Shown one piece after another: positions 28,823 to 39,261 of a stretch of DNA of 64,000 nt. The first letter of the stretch is position 1, and every line of letters starts with the position of its first letter. Under the pieces are notes generated by a model, which was given only the letters and a program-made list of their open reading frames with translations, did not search any database and was not told the DNA's origin. Location of the stretch: the NCBI GenBank assembly GCA_048939995.1, contig JBHLOY010000003.1, forward strand, positions 352,001 to 416,000. The letters are read 5' to 3'. This DNA comes from Promethearchaeota archaeon. Lineage in GTDB: Archaea > Asgardarchaeota > Lokiarchaeia > Sigyniarchaeales > SOKP01. Both the position numbers and the translations under genes were made by a program.

Positions 28823-30724
28823 TTGAGTTTGACTGAAAGTAACAAGCTTTATTTGTTAAAACTGGGAGGAAGTTTACTAACTGATAAAAATTATCCATTT
28901 TCACTAAGGGAAGATGTAATTGATAGTACAATTGAACAAATTATAAAAAGCCATCAAAATCTAATTCTTATTCATGGTGGAGGATCATTTGGTCATCCAT
29001 TAGCGAAAGAGTTTCAAATTTCTAAAGGTTTCAACCCATTAATTAAGGATCAATTAATTGGTTTGTCAAAAACCCATGAAGCTATGAATAGACTTAATTC
29101 TCTCATTATCAATAAATTTATTGCAAAAAATTATCCCGCAATTTCAATTCAACCATCAACCATATTTATTCAAGATGAGAATACCATCTCTTTCGAATCT
29201 TTTAACTCTATCGACATCATGTTGAATCTAGGCATTCTACCCGTACTATATGGTGATATTTTATTTACTAAAGATGGATCTTTTTCCATACTTTCAGGTG
29301 ATCAAATTATTTTTGAGCTGTGTAAGAAGTATCAGAAATCAATTAAGAAGGTAATCTTTGCTATTGAGGAGGATGGTATATTTATAAAAGATACCGATCA
29401 TAAACAATTAGTCCTAGAAATTGCCTCTAGTGAATTAAATGATATTAAATTAGCAAAATTTGATGAAAAGATAGATGTTACCGGGGGGATTAAAGGAAAG
29501 CTAAAAATAATAAAAAGAATTGCTGAATTGAATATTCCGGTTCAATTGATCAATGGATTGAAAGATGACTATATTTTAAAGGCATTAGGAGATCAAAAAT
29601 TAACTTGTACATATATTAGACCAGATCTAAAGACTCATTTCCATAAAGAAATTCATTCTCGAAAATTGGAGCATCTAAAAATACCTCTAAAACATAATGT
29701 TCAACATTCAAGAAATTATTTTGAAGATATACGATTAATCCATCATCCTCTCCCTGAAATGGATTTTAATGATATAGATCTTTCGACTGACTTCTTTAAT
29801 AAACATATTTCTGCACCTATCTGTATCGCTGCTATAACTGGAGGCCATCCTATTTCTAAAGCAATAAATAGAATTCTAGCCTTAGCTGCTGAATCAGAAA
29901 ATATTATTATGAGCGTTGGGAGTCAAAGAATAGCATTAGAGGATCAATCTACTATAGATTCATTCAAGGTTGTCCGAGATGTAGCTCCTAATATTCCAAT
30001 TATTGGAAATATTGGTATTGGTCAAATAAGTAATCAAGATTTTGATCAAAATCAATTTGAAGAATGTGTAAAAATCATTAATGCTGACGCAATGGCAATT
30101 CATTTTAATGCGTTGCATGAACTAGTACAACGAAATGGAGATCGTTCATACCAAAATTTTCAAGACAATTTTATAAAATTAAAAAAAGGTGCAAAAATTC
30201 CATTAATCGCAAAGGAAGTTGGAACTGGCTTTGATAAAGATTTAGCAATAAAGCTAGATCATTTAGGATTTAATGGATTCGATGTGGGAGGGGCAGGTGG
30301 TACCAGTTTTGCAGCAATTGAGGCAATCCGAGATGACTCCGATTATGAAGTATTTTCAAGAAAAATTGCTAATACATTTAGAGAATGGGGCATTCCAACA
30401 CCAATAAGCATTTTAAATGTGAGAGAGGTTTCAAATAAGTTATTGATAGCTACTGGGGGTTTGAAGACAGGGTTAGATATAGCAAAAAGCATTATATTAG
30501 GAGCAGATATTGGAGGTTTTGCCTATAAATTCCTTCTCTCTGCATGGAAAGATTACAATAGCAATACTACAATCAATACGATTAAAGAAATAAGAACATT
30601 AAAACATGAATTAAAATCTACAATGTGGCTGTTAAATATAAATAATATAGAAAGCCTAAAACAAAGTAAGGATAAATTAATTCTATTAGGGGAATTATAC
30701 CAATGGGTACATCAAAAACCTTGA
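28823..30724 (+). CDS. fni: Fusion of isopentenyl phosphate kinase and type 2 (FMN) isopentenyl-diphosphate isomerase
   Basis: N-half: LKLGGSLLTDK, HGGGSFGH, PVLYGD, SGDQ, DVTGGIKGK. C-half: RKLEHL, AITGG, GSQR, HFNALHE, KEVGTG, GAGGTSFA, EWGIPT, ATGGLKTG. Confidence 0.92.
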   Translation: MSLTESNKLYLLKLGGSLLTDKNYPFSLREDVIDSTIEQIIKSHQNLILIHGGGSFGHPLAKEFQISKGFNPLIKDQLIGLSKTHEAMNRLNSLIINKFIAKNYPAISIQPSTIFIQDENTISFESFNSIDIMLNLGILPVLYGDILFTKDGSFSILSGDQIIFELCKKYQKSIKKVIFAIEEDGIFIKDTDHKQLVLEIASSELNDIKLAKFDEKIDVTGGIKGKLKIIKRIAELNIPVQLINGLKDDYILKALGDQKLTCTYIRPDLKTHFHKEIHSRKLEHLKIPLKHNVQHSRNYFEDIRLIHHPLPEMDFNDIDLSTDFFNKHISAPICIAAITGGHPISKAINRILALAAESENIIMSVGSQRIALEDQSTIDSFKVVRDVAPNIPIIGNIGIGQISNQDFDQNQFEECVKIINADAMAIHFNALHELVQRNGDRSYQNFQDNFIKLKKGAKIPLIAKEVGTGFDKDLAIKLDHLGFNGFDVGGAGGTSFAAIEAIRDDSDYEVFSRKIANTFREWGIPTPISILNVREVSNKLLIATGGLKTGLDIAKSIILGADIGGFAYKFLLSAWKDYNSNTTINTIKEIRTLKHELKSTMWLLNINNIESLKQSKDKLILLGELYQWVHQKP

Positions 30725-30740
30725 ACCATCTGATAAGATA

Positions 30741-31811
30741 TTAGTATACTCTATTCATAACAAAACTTAACAGATCATCAAATAATTCAAATTCTTGTGG
30801 ATTTATATGATCTTTTAAATTATTCAAAGCTGATTTAGCCTTTTGATAATAATTATCAGCCAATTTTTTGCTTGAGTTGATTACATCAGCTTCAATAAAT
30901 AAATTCTTTACCTTTTCAATGTCAAGATTATTAATTTCATCTTTATTTAGAATTCTTCTTAATTTTTTCTGTTTATTCGAATCTAAATTATTTAAGGCTG
31001 TAATTAATAAGCAAGTTTTCTTTCCTTCTCTAATGTCTCCATCAGTAGGTTTTCCCGTAATCTTTTCATCTCCAAACGTCCCCAAAATATCATCAATAAT
31101 TTGGAATACAATGCCAAGATTTATACCGTAAATTGACAAATTTTTTTCATGAATTTTATCAACCTGGGAATAATTTGCTCCAATTAGTAATGCTTTTTCA
31201 ATTAAAGCACTAGTTTTCAAGGAAATCATTTCTATATAATCTTTGATTTCAATCTTTTCTTTATTAACCATATCGATTTCAATTAAGACACCATTAGCTA
31301 TATCGATAAAGGCTTGCTCATAAAGGCTAATAGCTCTGTTATTAAGCTCTTTTCCGAAATCATTAAATAAATAAGCTTCTAGACCCAGAAAGAAAGCTGT
31401 ATCACCACCTATAATTCCTATAGAATTACCAAAATCTATATCATTAGTTTTCTTGAAATTATACCCTTTATGATAATTTTTAAATCTAAAATGAAATGCT
31501 GGATTACCTCTCCGATAATCATCTTTATCAATAATATCATCATGAATTAGTGATGCGTTGTGAAGAAATTCGATACCAACACTTACAGGAACTATTTTAT
31601 CATCTTGCTGTTCTTTGAAGGCATTATATGATGTAATACAGAGTAATGGACGAATTCGTTTGCCTCCAACCAAAAAGTAATCCTTTAATTCATTATAATA
31701 ATCTTTAAGAAATGAATTTTTTAATCTCTGTATTTTATTTTCAAAGATTTGCTTTATAGCTGTATTGATATTCTGTTTATAAATTTTTAAGTATTCTGCG
31801 AACTTCATCAA
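30741..31811 (-). CDS. Polyprenyl synthetase (probable GGPP synthase)
   Basis: GGKRIRP, LIHDDIID..RRG, KTSAL, FQIIDDILG and GDIREGKKT motifs. Confidence 0.93.
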   Translation of the reverse strand: MMKFAEYLKIYKQNINTAIKQIFENKIQRLKNSFLKDYYNELKDYFLVGGKRIRPLLCITSYNAFKEQQDDKIVPVSVGIEFLHNASLIHDDIIDKDDYRRGNPAFHFRFKNYHKGYNFKKTNDIDFGNSIGIIGGDTAFFLGLEAYLFNDFGKELNNRAISLYEQAFIDIANGVLIEIDMVNKEKIEIKDYIEMISLKTSALIEKALLIGANYSQVDKIHEKNLSIYGINLGIVFQIIDDILGTFGDEKITGKPTDGDIREGKKTCLLITALNNLDSNKQKKLRRILNKDEINNLDIEKVKNLFIEADVINSSKKLADNYYQKAKSALNNLKDHINPQEFELFDDLLSFVMNRVY

Positions 31812-31930
31812 AATTACCTTGATAAAAATTATACCTTAATATGGATAACTAAGAAATGAATTTAAGCTTCGCCAAATTTACAATATTCTTATTCATTTCA
31901 AACTTTCAAGAATATTAATAATTAGTTTGC

Positions 31931-34720
31931 TTATTTTTCACTATTTAAGTTTAATATTCTAATGGTTGCAATAACATGTGCCTGTAATTCTATCAAGAGC
32001 GTTTTTTTATCTAATACCTGAACTGTAGCTTTTATTTCATTAATGGGAGGTACCTCTAATAAGTTAACAATTTCTGCACTTTTAAAATTCACTTGCTCAC
32101 AAAATCTGAGGGTAGCTTTCTCATAGTTTGGAGATATGTTATAAAGTCTAATAATTAAATAATTACCTTCTTCAGATCTTTTCAAAATACTTAATACTAT
32201 CTTATTATTATCAATTTTTAAAAAGCTTAGTTCAAGAGGTAAAACAGGCTCTACAGGTTTATCTTCTGCCAAACCAAAACCAACAATTCGATGAGTAGGA
32301 AAAAGTACTGTTTTATTAAGCATTCTAAAGGGTAATTTAAGCATATTTAAAAATAATACTTTAAAGGGATTATTGAACTCCTTTCCTTTAACATGAATTT
32401 CTGATTCTAGCCAACCACTCTTATTCTCTTCAATAATTAATGATAAATCAAATGAATGCTTTCCAAGACATTGTGCTTCTGGAGTATTGAATGCGGGACC
32501 AGCCATATCTCTTCGAGTAACAAAATCATCCCTAGAAAGCCATTCAATACAACGTAAAATAGTTATCGCTAGACTTATTGTCCCATCTGGGTTTTTAATG
32601 GTTTCATATTCAGGTAATCCTTTATTCAATATAGCAAATGTTCGTAATCTATCATTTACTGATATAAAATCTTTTTGATGATTAGTAGGGCGAGGATTTT
32701 GATACCAATTATCGACTTTCGGTATCTCCACATTTCTAGATATAATATAGAAATGTCCATCACAGTCTACTTTTTCAGATTCAATTCCTGTAGGGAATAA
32801 CACTCTAATCCGATGATCTTTACTTTTATTCTCTAATTCGAGTTTAAAGTCTATACGCTTAATTTCCTTATATAGCGTAATGTAAATAGTGATTAAATTT
32901 GAAACTAAAACAGGTTCTCTATTAAACCTATCTTCCGAAAGGGATTCTGGTAAATTTAAATTGAGATCTAACTTTATAGTTTTTTGTGTAGATCCATCAA
33001 TATATGGCTTAATCCCTAAAAAATTCAAATCCTCAGAAGTATATATAAGATCTGTTTGATTTTCATTTGGACCTGAAAAATCATACTCATCGCCCCAATC
33101 TCCAACATCCTCAAACAAGAAAATTTTTTCATACCATTTCTTAGCTTTTTTATCATAAACATCTATCATTCCATTTAAATTTACTTTCACAAGGAAAAAT
33201 TGATTTTCTAAAGTGTTTTGGGTCATTTTAAAATCTTTATCTTCCTTTGGAAAGGTTTTAGCTTTCTTTCCAGGAACTAAATAATAAATTTTATACCCTA
33301 ATGCTGGCATCTCAGCTAAAAAACAACATAAATAACTTGTACTTGACATGCTCTTAAATCTTGGTTCTTCTTCCACTCTAATATATTGATATTCTATTTC
33401 TTCTCCATTTGTATCAATTACTTTAAAATTAGTAGAGGTTTTGTACCCAAAGAATTCAGTTATAAAATTAAATTCAACTAAATCTTTTCGCTCCCACGGC
33501 AAGGGATTAAATACAAAAAGAGGAATTTTTGTCCAACTTTTCTTAAATCCTATTAGCCTTATTAAATATAGAAAAGAGTTCTTAATGATCTCATTTCCTA
33601 TTTGTTCTGCCCAATCAAAACGAGTACTCATCTCATTATGAACCTGATCAATTGAACAACCACAAATACTATCATGAGGATGATTCTTAATTAACCATTT
33701 AAATCCAACTTGAATATATGAAGCAGGATAAGGGAACTCATGGTATTTATCAAGAATCCATGTGATTGTAGAAAATGGTTCCGTATACTTCTCAAATAAG
33801 TATTCTATTTTAGTATTTCTTTGTTTTATCCACATCCTTGTTGAAAGTATGCTAGCAATAATATTTGAGTATTTACCTCCTCTTAATTCTCCTTGATAGG
33901 ATTTTAATTGAGGTTTGCATTCTAGCACTTTACTGATATAATATTCAAAATCATTTTGTTCCATAATTTTATCGGGGTATTTTTTATTCCAACGGCTTAT
34001 AATTTCTGGAAGTTCTGGATGTGCTTCATGATGATCTGAACCACTATTTAGTAGAACTATGGGAGTAGCAGTGTAATTTTCTAATTTGGAGACAACTTCC
34101 TTTAATTTATTTAATACTCTAATATAATCTCCACTTTTATCTGAAAAGTTTAAATCTGCAACTGAACCATAGCCCAAGATTAAATGAATAGCTAAAATAG
34201 AAGCAGCACTTCCTGGTGATTTCCAAATAAATTCCATATTTAATTTCTGAGTTTCAAACTCATCACCAAAACCACGTTGAAAAATAATTGATGGTAGTTC
34301 AAATCCTTTCAGAATCTGAGGTAATTGAGCAATGTGTCCAAAAGGATCGGGAATGTAGCCTGCTTTCATAACTCTCCCATAACTTCTAGAGATTTGATGT
34401 CCTATCATTAAATTTCTTATCAAAGATTCTCCGCTGATTAAAAATTCATCTGGTAAGACATAACTGGGACCAATTGAAAGTCTCTTTTCCTTTACATATT
34501 TTACTATTTCTTCTTTTTTTTCAGGTCGAACCTCGAGATAATCTTCAAGGGGGATAACTTGTCCATCAAGTGTAAAATTAGTGTAATTTGGATCTTGTTT
34601 CAAAACATCTAAGAGCTTATCCATCATAATAACTAACCGTGCTCTATATTCTTGAAACGGAAGATACCATTCACGATCCCAATGAGTTTCTGGAACAATT
34701 ATTATATTTTTTGAATCCAT
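31931..34720 (-). CDS. Glycoside hydrolase family 38 alpha-mannosidase
   Basis: THWDREWY, LDGQ, GYIPDPFGH and HPHDSICGCSID motifs. Confidence 0.93.
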   Translation of the reverse strand: MDSKNIIIVPETHWDREWYLPFQEYRARLVIMMDKLLDVLKQDPNYTNFTLDGQVIPLEDYLEVRPEKKEEIVKYVKEKRLSIGPSYVLPDEFLISGESLIRNLMIGHQISRSYGRVMKAGYIPDPFGHIAQLPQILKGFELPSIIFQRGFGDEFETQKLNMEFIWKSPGSAASILAIHLILGYGSVADLNFSDKSGDYIRVLNKLKEVVSKLENYTATPIVLLNSGSDHHEAHPELPEIISRWNKKYPDKIMEQNDFEYYISKVLECKPQLKSYQGELRGGKYSNIIASILSTRMWIKQRNTKIEYLFEKYTEPFSTITWILDKYHEFPYPASYIQVGFKWLIKNHPHDSICGCSIDQVHNEMSTRFDWAEQIGNEIIKNSFLYLIRLIGFKKSWTKIPLFVFNPLPWERKDLVEFNFITEFFGYKTSTNFKVIDTNGEEIEYQYIRVEEEPRFKSMSSTSYLCCFLAEMPALGYKIYYLVPGKKAKTFPKEDKDFKMTQNTLENQFFLVKVNLNGMIDVYDKKAKKWYEKIFLFEDVGDWGDEYDFSGPNENQTDLIYTSEDLNFLGIKPYIDGSTQKTIKLDLNLNLPESLSEDRFNREPVLVSNLITIYITLYKEIKRIDFKLELENKSKDHRIRVLFPTGIESEKVDCDGHFYIISRNVEIPKVDNWYQNPRPTNHQKDFISVNDRLRTFAILNKGLPEYETIKNPDGTISLAITILRCIEWLSRDDFVTRRDMAGPAFNTPEAQCLGKHSFDLSLIIEENKSGWLESEIHVKGKEFNNPFKVLFLNMLKLPFRMLNKTVLFPTHRIVGFGLAEDKPVEPVLPLELSFLKIDNNKIVLSILKRSEEGNYLIIRLYNISPNYEKATLRFCEQVNFKSAEIVNLLEVPPINEIKATVQVLDKKTLLIELQAHVIATIRILNLNSEK

Positions 34721-34786
34721 AAAAATACTCCATTATGCTTCAATTATAATCTAATATATTTTGAATAATTTTAAAAGATGAATGAA

Positions 34787-36292
34787 TCATCTTAATACAG
34801 ATTCACCTACGACAGATTTGTCTGGGTTTAATCCCAATAAATCTAACAAAGTAGGGACCATATCTGTTGTCTTACAATACTGCAAGTTAATTGAAGGTAT
34901 ATTCTCTGCTCCTCCTATTATAAAAGGCACAATCATAGAACTTCTTAGCCCAATATCATGAGAGAATGGAGAATTACTTCTGGTCTTACCATGTTCATAA
35001 TTAAATCCATGAGTACCAAGGGTAGAAACAATTATATCACAAGATCTTGGATTTTTAAAATAGCGAGGGATTTGATCAACCACTAGTGGAAAATCTATCT
35101 CGTTTGTTAATAGCAACCACTCATCAATTGAATAATATTTGCTTTGATTTACTTTGTTTTCATAATTGAAAATATCATCCCCGTTATAACTATACATAGT
35201 TTTTTGATTTTTTCCATAACCTCGATATTCTATAGTTGCTCTAGAAATAACCTTACTTTTTTCATTCTTTTTGAGTATATGAATTTTCCCATTATCCGAT
35301 TCAGCATCATCATCTCTGTAATACATCATTTTAACTCCTTGTATCTTCCAGAGTGTCTCAAATAAATTTACTTTTCTTTTCCCTTTTCCACTTATTTTAT
35401 AGTTCTTAAGTAATTTAGTAGTGGGATGATGATACCAATCTTCACCTCGAAAATTGAAGAAACCCATCGATCCAAAATTTGCGTCAAAGTCTCCTGTACC
35501 ATTTTGAGGATTATATGGAATAAGACCATTATAATCGAAAAAGGGCTCAAGATCTATGACATTTTCAGCTTTAAAATTGCCATGATCTGTAATTATACCA
35601 ATTGCTGTAGTATCATCGTAACCTGTTTCTTTTAATGTCTGTATGAGAGAACCAATATATTCATCACATTCAATTAATAAATTAATATAATCAGGATGAC
35701 TAAATCCCTTTTCATGCATAATATCATCAATATGAGGGATATAACCCACACTTATTATTGGAACATCTTTATCTTCAAAATAATGACTTGGATTTCTATA
35801 TGCTCTCTCAATATGCTGAATTATAGGATGTACTTTATGATAATCTTCGGAAACCGCAAAATATGACCCTCTGTGTAGAAAGCTCATAGCACTGAGAAAA
35901 TTTGCTTCCCCTGCTTGTTCAAAGATAGTTTTAACGTTCTTTCCTATATCCTTATTTATTCTTAATAAATCACTTCCATTCCCGTAATTACGATAAAATG
36001 GCCACTTCTTATCTTTAGAAGGAGGATCCTTTCTGTTTAACCAATGATAAAGGGGAACAGCGCTACCTTCTTTAGGGAAATAATCTGAATAAGCCCCCGT
36101 AATAATATTACTATAACAAGGAAAAGTTATACTTGGATAGGATGTGATGCAATTTTTACATACAATCCCACTTTCAGCAAGTTTTGATAAATTAGGAAGT
36201 CTATTTTTTCCCATTAAATCAAAAAAGTGAGAAGAACGAATATCATCAAGAATTATAAGAATTATTTGATTAACTTTTGATTTTTTGCTCAT
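34787..36292 (-). CDS. Alkaline phosphatase superfamily (nucleotide pyrophosphatase/phosphodiesterase-like) protein
   Basis: IILDD, YPSITFP..ITG, DDIMH, ITDHG, SHD and DMVPTLLDLLG motifs. Confidence 0.85.
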   Translation of the reverse strand: MSKKSKVNQIILIILDDIRSSHFFDLMGKNRLPNLSKLAESGIVCKNCITSYPSITFPCYSNIITGAYSDYFPKEGSAVPLYHWLNRKDPPSKDKKWPFYRNYGNGSDLLRINKDIGKNVKTIFEQAGEANFLSAMSFLHRGSYFAVSEDYHKVHPIIQHIERAYRNPSHYFEDKDVPIISVGYIPHIDDIMHEKGFSHPDYINLLIECDEYIGSLIQTLKETGYDDTTAIGIITDHGNFKAENVIDLEPFFDYNGLIPYNPQNGTGDFDANFGSMGFFNFRGEDWYHHPTTKLLKNYKISGKGKRKVNLFETLWKIQGVKMMYYRDDDAESDNGKIHILKKNEKSKVISRATIEYRGYGKNQKTMYSYNGDDIFNYENKVNQSKYYSIDEWLLLTNEIDFPLVVDQIPRYFKNPRSCDIIVSTLGTHGFNYEHGKTRSNSPFSHDIGLRSSMIVPFIIGGAENIPSINLQYCKTTDMVPTLLDLLGLNPDKSVVGESVLR

Positions 36293-36437
36293 AATTTATT
36301 TTAATTTTTTAAACATCTAAAATTTGCAACCAGTTAATAAGTTTGTTAAAATAATATAAAACAAATAAAATAAGTTAGGAAATAAATAAAATGTAATTAA
36401 AAATGATTAAAAAGCATCAAAATCCTGAATAATAGAT

Positions 36438-37649
36438 ATGTTTGATATTAAAGAGCCCAAAATTTATTTTAAAAGTTCAGAATCAATGGAAGAAGTTAAA
36501 GATAATTCAATTCAGTTAATTCTAACTTCTCCTCCTTATGGTAAAATAAAGGATTATGGTGCTAAAATTCAGATTGGGTTCACTGACTCCTTTAAAGAAT
36601 ATTTTCAAAGACTAAGAAATGTATGGACAGAATGTTATCGGATTTTAGAACCGCAATGTAGAATGGTAATTAATGTGGGAGACCAGTATCTAAGAGCCGC
36701 AGAATATGGGAGATACCGAATTTTATCGATTGCTAGTAAAATAATTGAGGATTGCCAAAAAATTGGTTTTGATTATCTTGGGGATATCATATGGCAAAAA
36801 GTCAGTACAACTAATACAACAGGGGGATGTTCTCTAATGGGCTCAATATATTACCCTCGTAATGGATTATTAACATATGACTATGAACATATACTTATCT
36901 TTAAAAAACCTCACGGAAGAGGAAGAAAAGTAGATACTATGATAAAAGAAATGTCCAAAATATCGCTTAGTGAATGGAAAAGATGGTTTGTCGGGCACTG
37001 GAACTTTCCAGGAATTTTACAAAAAGAACATATTGCTATGTTCCCTGAAGAATTACCCCAAAGATTGATACGGATGTTTACATTTATTGGAGATACGGTA
37101 TTAGATCCCTTTGTAGGCTCGGGAACAACATTAAAAATCGCAAAATCTTTATTTCGAAAGAGTGTTGGATATGAAATCAATACTGAGTTCCGCCCTATTA
37201 TCCTGAATAAGGTAAAGGAAGCACATATTGGTTACTTCAAAGATTATCAATATCTTCTATATATATTATTTACTAAATCTCAAGGATCTAGTGATTTTAA
37301 AATTCTCTACCAAGAACAAAAAAAGAAAGGGATTATTGCCCTTCAAAATGAAAGTGATAAAAAAATTGTATTGGATTATCTGTCCTTGGAGAGTTTTAAT
37401 CCAAATAAAGAAGAAATCAAGAGGGAGGTTGGTGCTAAACTGGAAGAAAACACCGTAAGAAATTTTTTAAATAAAAAACCTGACTGGGATAAATTCTCTG
37501 ATTATATAATCATTATTAATTCGACTCAAACAATTTTTCAAAAAATTCAAGATTATTTTAATAAGCATGAGTCTAAAAAATTAATACACCTACTGCAATT
37601 TCGAGAGATACTATCTAAAGAATATGATTTTACTAATCTATTTATTTAG
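36438..37649 (+). CDS. Site-specific DNA methyltransferase, beta class (SPPY; probably N4-cytosine) with a C-terminal extension
   Basis: TSPPY precedes HIAMFPEELPQRLI and VLDPFVGSGTT. Confidence 0.9.
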   Translation: MFDIKEPKIYFKSSESMEEVKDNSIQLILTSPPYGKIKDYGAKIQIGFTDSFKEYFQRLRNVWTECYRILEPQCRMVINVGDQYLRAAEYGRYRILSIASKIIEDCQKIGFDYLGDIIWQKVSTTNTTGGCSLMGSIYYPRNGLLTYDYEHILIFKKPHGRGRKVDTMIKEMSKISLSEWKRWFVGHWNFPGILQKEHIAMFPEELPQRLIRMFTFIGDTVLDPFVGSGTTLKIAKSLFRKSVGYEINTEFRPIILNKVKEAHIGYFKDYQYLLYILFTKSQGSSDFKILYQEQKKKGIIALQNESDKKIVLDYLSLESFNPNKEEIKREVGAKLEENTVRNFLNKKPDWDKFSDYIIIINSTQTIFQKIQDYFNKHESKKLIHLLQFREILSKEYDFTNLFI

Positions 37650-37663
37650 AATAGACGATTAAT

Positions 37664-38146
37664 TTGCTTATGAGAACATTAGATATTCCCAACTATGGTA
37701 AAATCACAATTAAAAATATAGTTTTTGATGTTAATGGTACTATTCAATTTAAAGGACGTATTTCTAAAAAATTCATTAAATACATCAAAGATTTAAAAAG
37801 ATTTTATGAAATCTACTTGATATCTGCTGATACACGAGGAAATTTAAGGCATCTTGCTGAAAAATTGCATGTAAATTACCTTAGAATTTTCTCAGTCGAA
37901 ACATCAGAAGCAGAAGCCAAGAATAATGAATTATTAAAATTAGGTAAAGATATAACCGTTGCAATAGGAAATGGAAATAATGATTATCTAATGTTAAAAA
38001 ATGCAATTATTGGAATTGCAATCTTAGGCGAAGAGGGCTCAACAAAGAATGCTATACTAAATAGTGATGTAATTTTGACAAATGTTATTGATGCAATTAA
38101 TTTCTTATTAGATGAAAAAACTATGATTGCAACACTTAGAGCCTAG
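37664..38146 (+). CDS. HAD-family hydrolase (soluble P-type-ATPase-like)
   Basis: FDVNGT, SADTRG and AIGNGNND motifs. Confidence 0.85.
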   Translation: MLMRTLDIPNYGKITIKNIVFDVNGTIQFKGRISKKFIKYIKDLKRFYEIYLISADTRGNLRHLAEKLHVNYLRIFSVETSEAEAKNNELLKLGKDITVAIGNGNNDYLMLKNAIIGIAILGEEGSTKNAILNSDVILTNVIDAINFLLDEKTMIATLRA

Positions 38147-38230
38147 AAAATAGTAAAATCCTCACTCGCACAGAGTATTCATCAAATAACTTTCAAATCT
38201 GACTTTTTTATTTGAATCATTATTTCGGAT

Positions 38231-39100
38231 TTACTTTTGAGTACAATCAACTCCTTCTTGCAGATTTATTTTTAAAAATGCTTCCTCTTGTTGATTTCTT
38301 TGCGCTGATTTAATTGACCTATTAACTTGGGCAAGATATTTTATCGCATTAACTTTTCCTTCTTTAATATTCTGAATTAACTCTTCTTTACTTGATCCCC
38401 CAGATATAGTCAATGCTGTTTGAAATGAATGATCAGGAGTTAATGTTTGAAATTTAATTTGTAATGCAGATAAAACTTCTCCCTCTCTTTCATAAATTCT
38501 GTTTGATAAATCAAGTTTTGTATTGTCAATCTTGAAATCCTTAGTTAAACAAGTTTCAAAGTTTGTTGATCGTGAGATCGGTGAGAAACCTGCGTATAAT
38601 CCTGTATTATCATATTGGTATATGATATCATTTTCATCATCATACCCTGAAAAGTCGTTATCAAATCCCTCTAGACCATTAATATCAAAGTCAAATACAA
38701 AATACATCGAAAAGTCAATTAAATCGTAATCTGATATATTTTTTAGTGTAAAAAATGTGTTAATATACGGAACTTTTGGACGATTAAATACGTCGATGTA
38801 CAAACGGATTAGAGAATGTTGTTTCTTAACTTTTAATGTTTCCATTTTTCCCTCTTTCATTAGCTTCATCAAATATTCCTTGATATCAAAATCAAGAGTA
38901 ATTCTATCAATTAGAGTCCCAGTTCGCGTGTTAACCATCTTATATATAGGAGTAGGTTCTATGTTTTTCAAAATAATAGGAATAACACCTACTTTTTTCC
39001 CTGTTAATTTGAAGCTAAACCATGGACCAGCCATTTCCTGCTGTGTCAAGAATAACAAATGCTTCCCTTTATACGTCAATTCTTTGATTGAAAATCCCAT
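38231..39100 (-). CDS. Hypothetical protein (beta-rich); possibly N-terminally truncated by an in-frame TGA
   Basis: 289-aa ORF; the same frame continues upstream past a TGA at 39121-39119. Confidence 0.7.
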   Translation of the reverse strand: MGFSIKELTYKGKHLLFLTQQEMAGPWFSFKLTGKKVGVIPIILKNIEPTPIYKMVNTRTGTLIDRITLDFDIKEYLMKLMKEGKMETLKVKKQHSLIRLYIDVFNRPKVPYINTFFTLKNISDYDLIDFSMYFVFDFDINGLEGFDNDFSGYDDENDIIYQYDNTGLYAGFSPISRSTNFETCLTKDFKIDNTKLDLSNRIYEREGEVLSALQIKFQTLTPDHSFQTALTISGGSSKEELIQNIKEGKVNAIKYLAQVNRSIKSAQRNQQEEAFLKINLQEGVDCTQK

Positions 39101-39261
39101 AAGATACCCTGCTGTATTTCAAGTTGCAAAAATCTCGTTGAAGGCTACCTTTAGAACTATTTTTCTATGACCTCCTTGACATTTTAATTTTTTTTTTTCA
39201 TAAATTATTTGCTCTAATTTTAATTAATTAAGCCGTTTAAAAAATTTTATAGATTATCTAA

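Noticed and set aside
38184-38225. SECIS element downstream of the 289-aa gene
   Set aside because: There is a hairpin with ATGA and an A-rich loop, but the stem is short and the 3' GA of the core is missing; not called as a feature.
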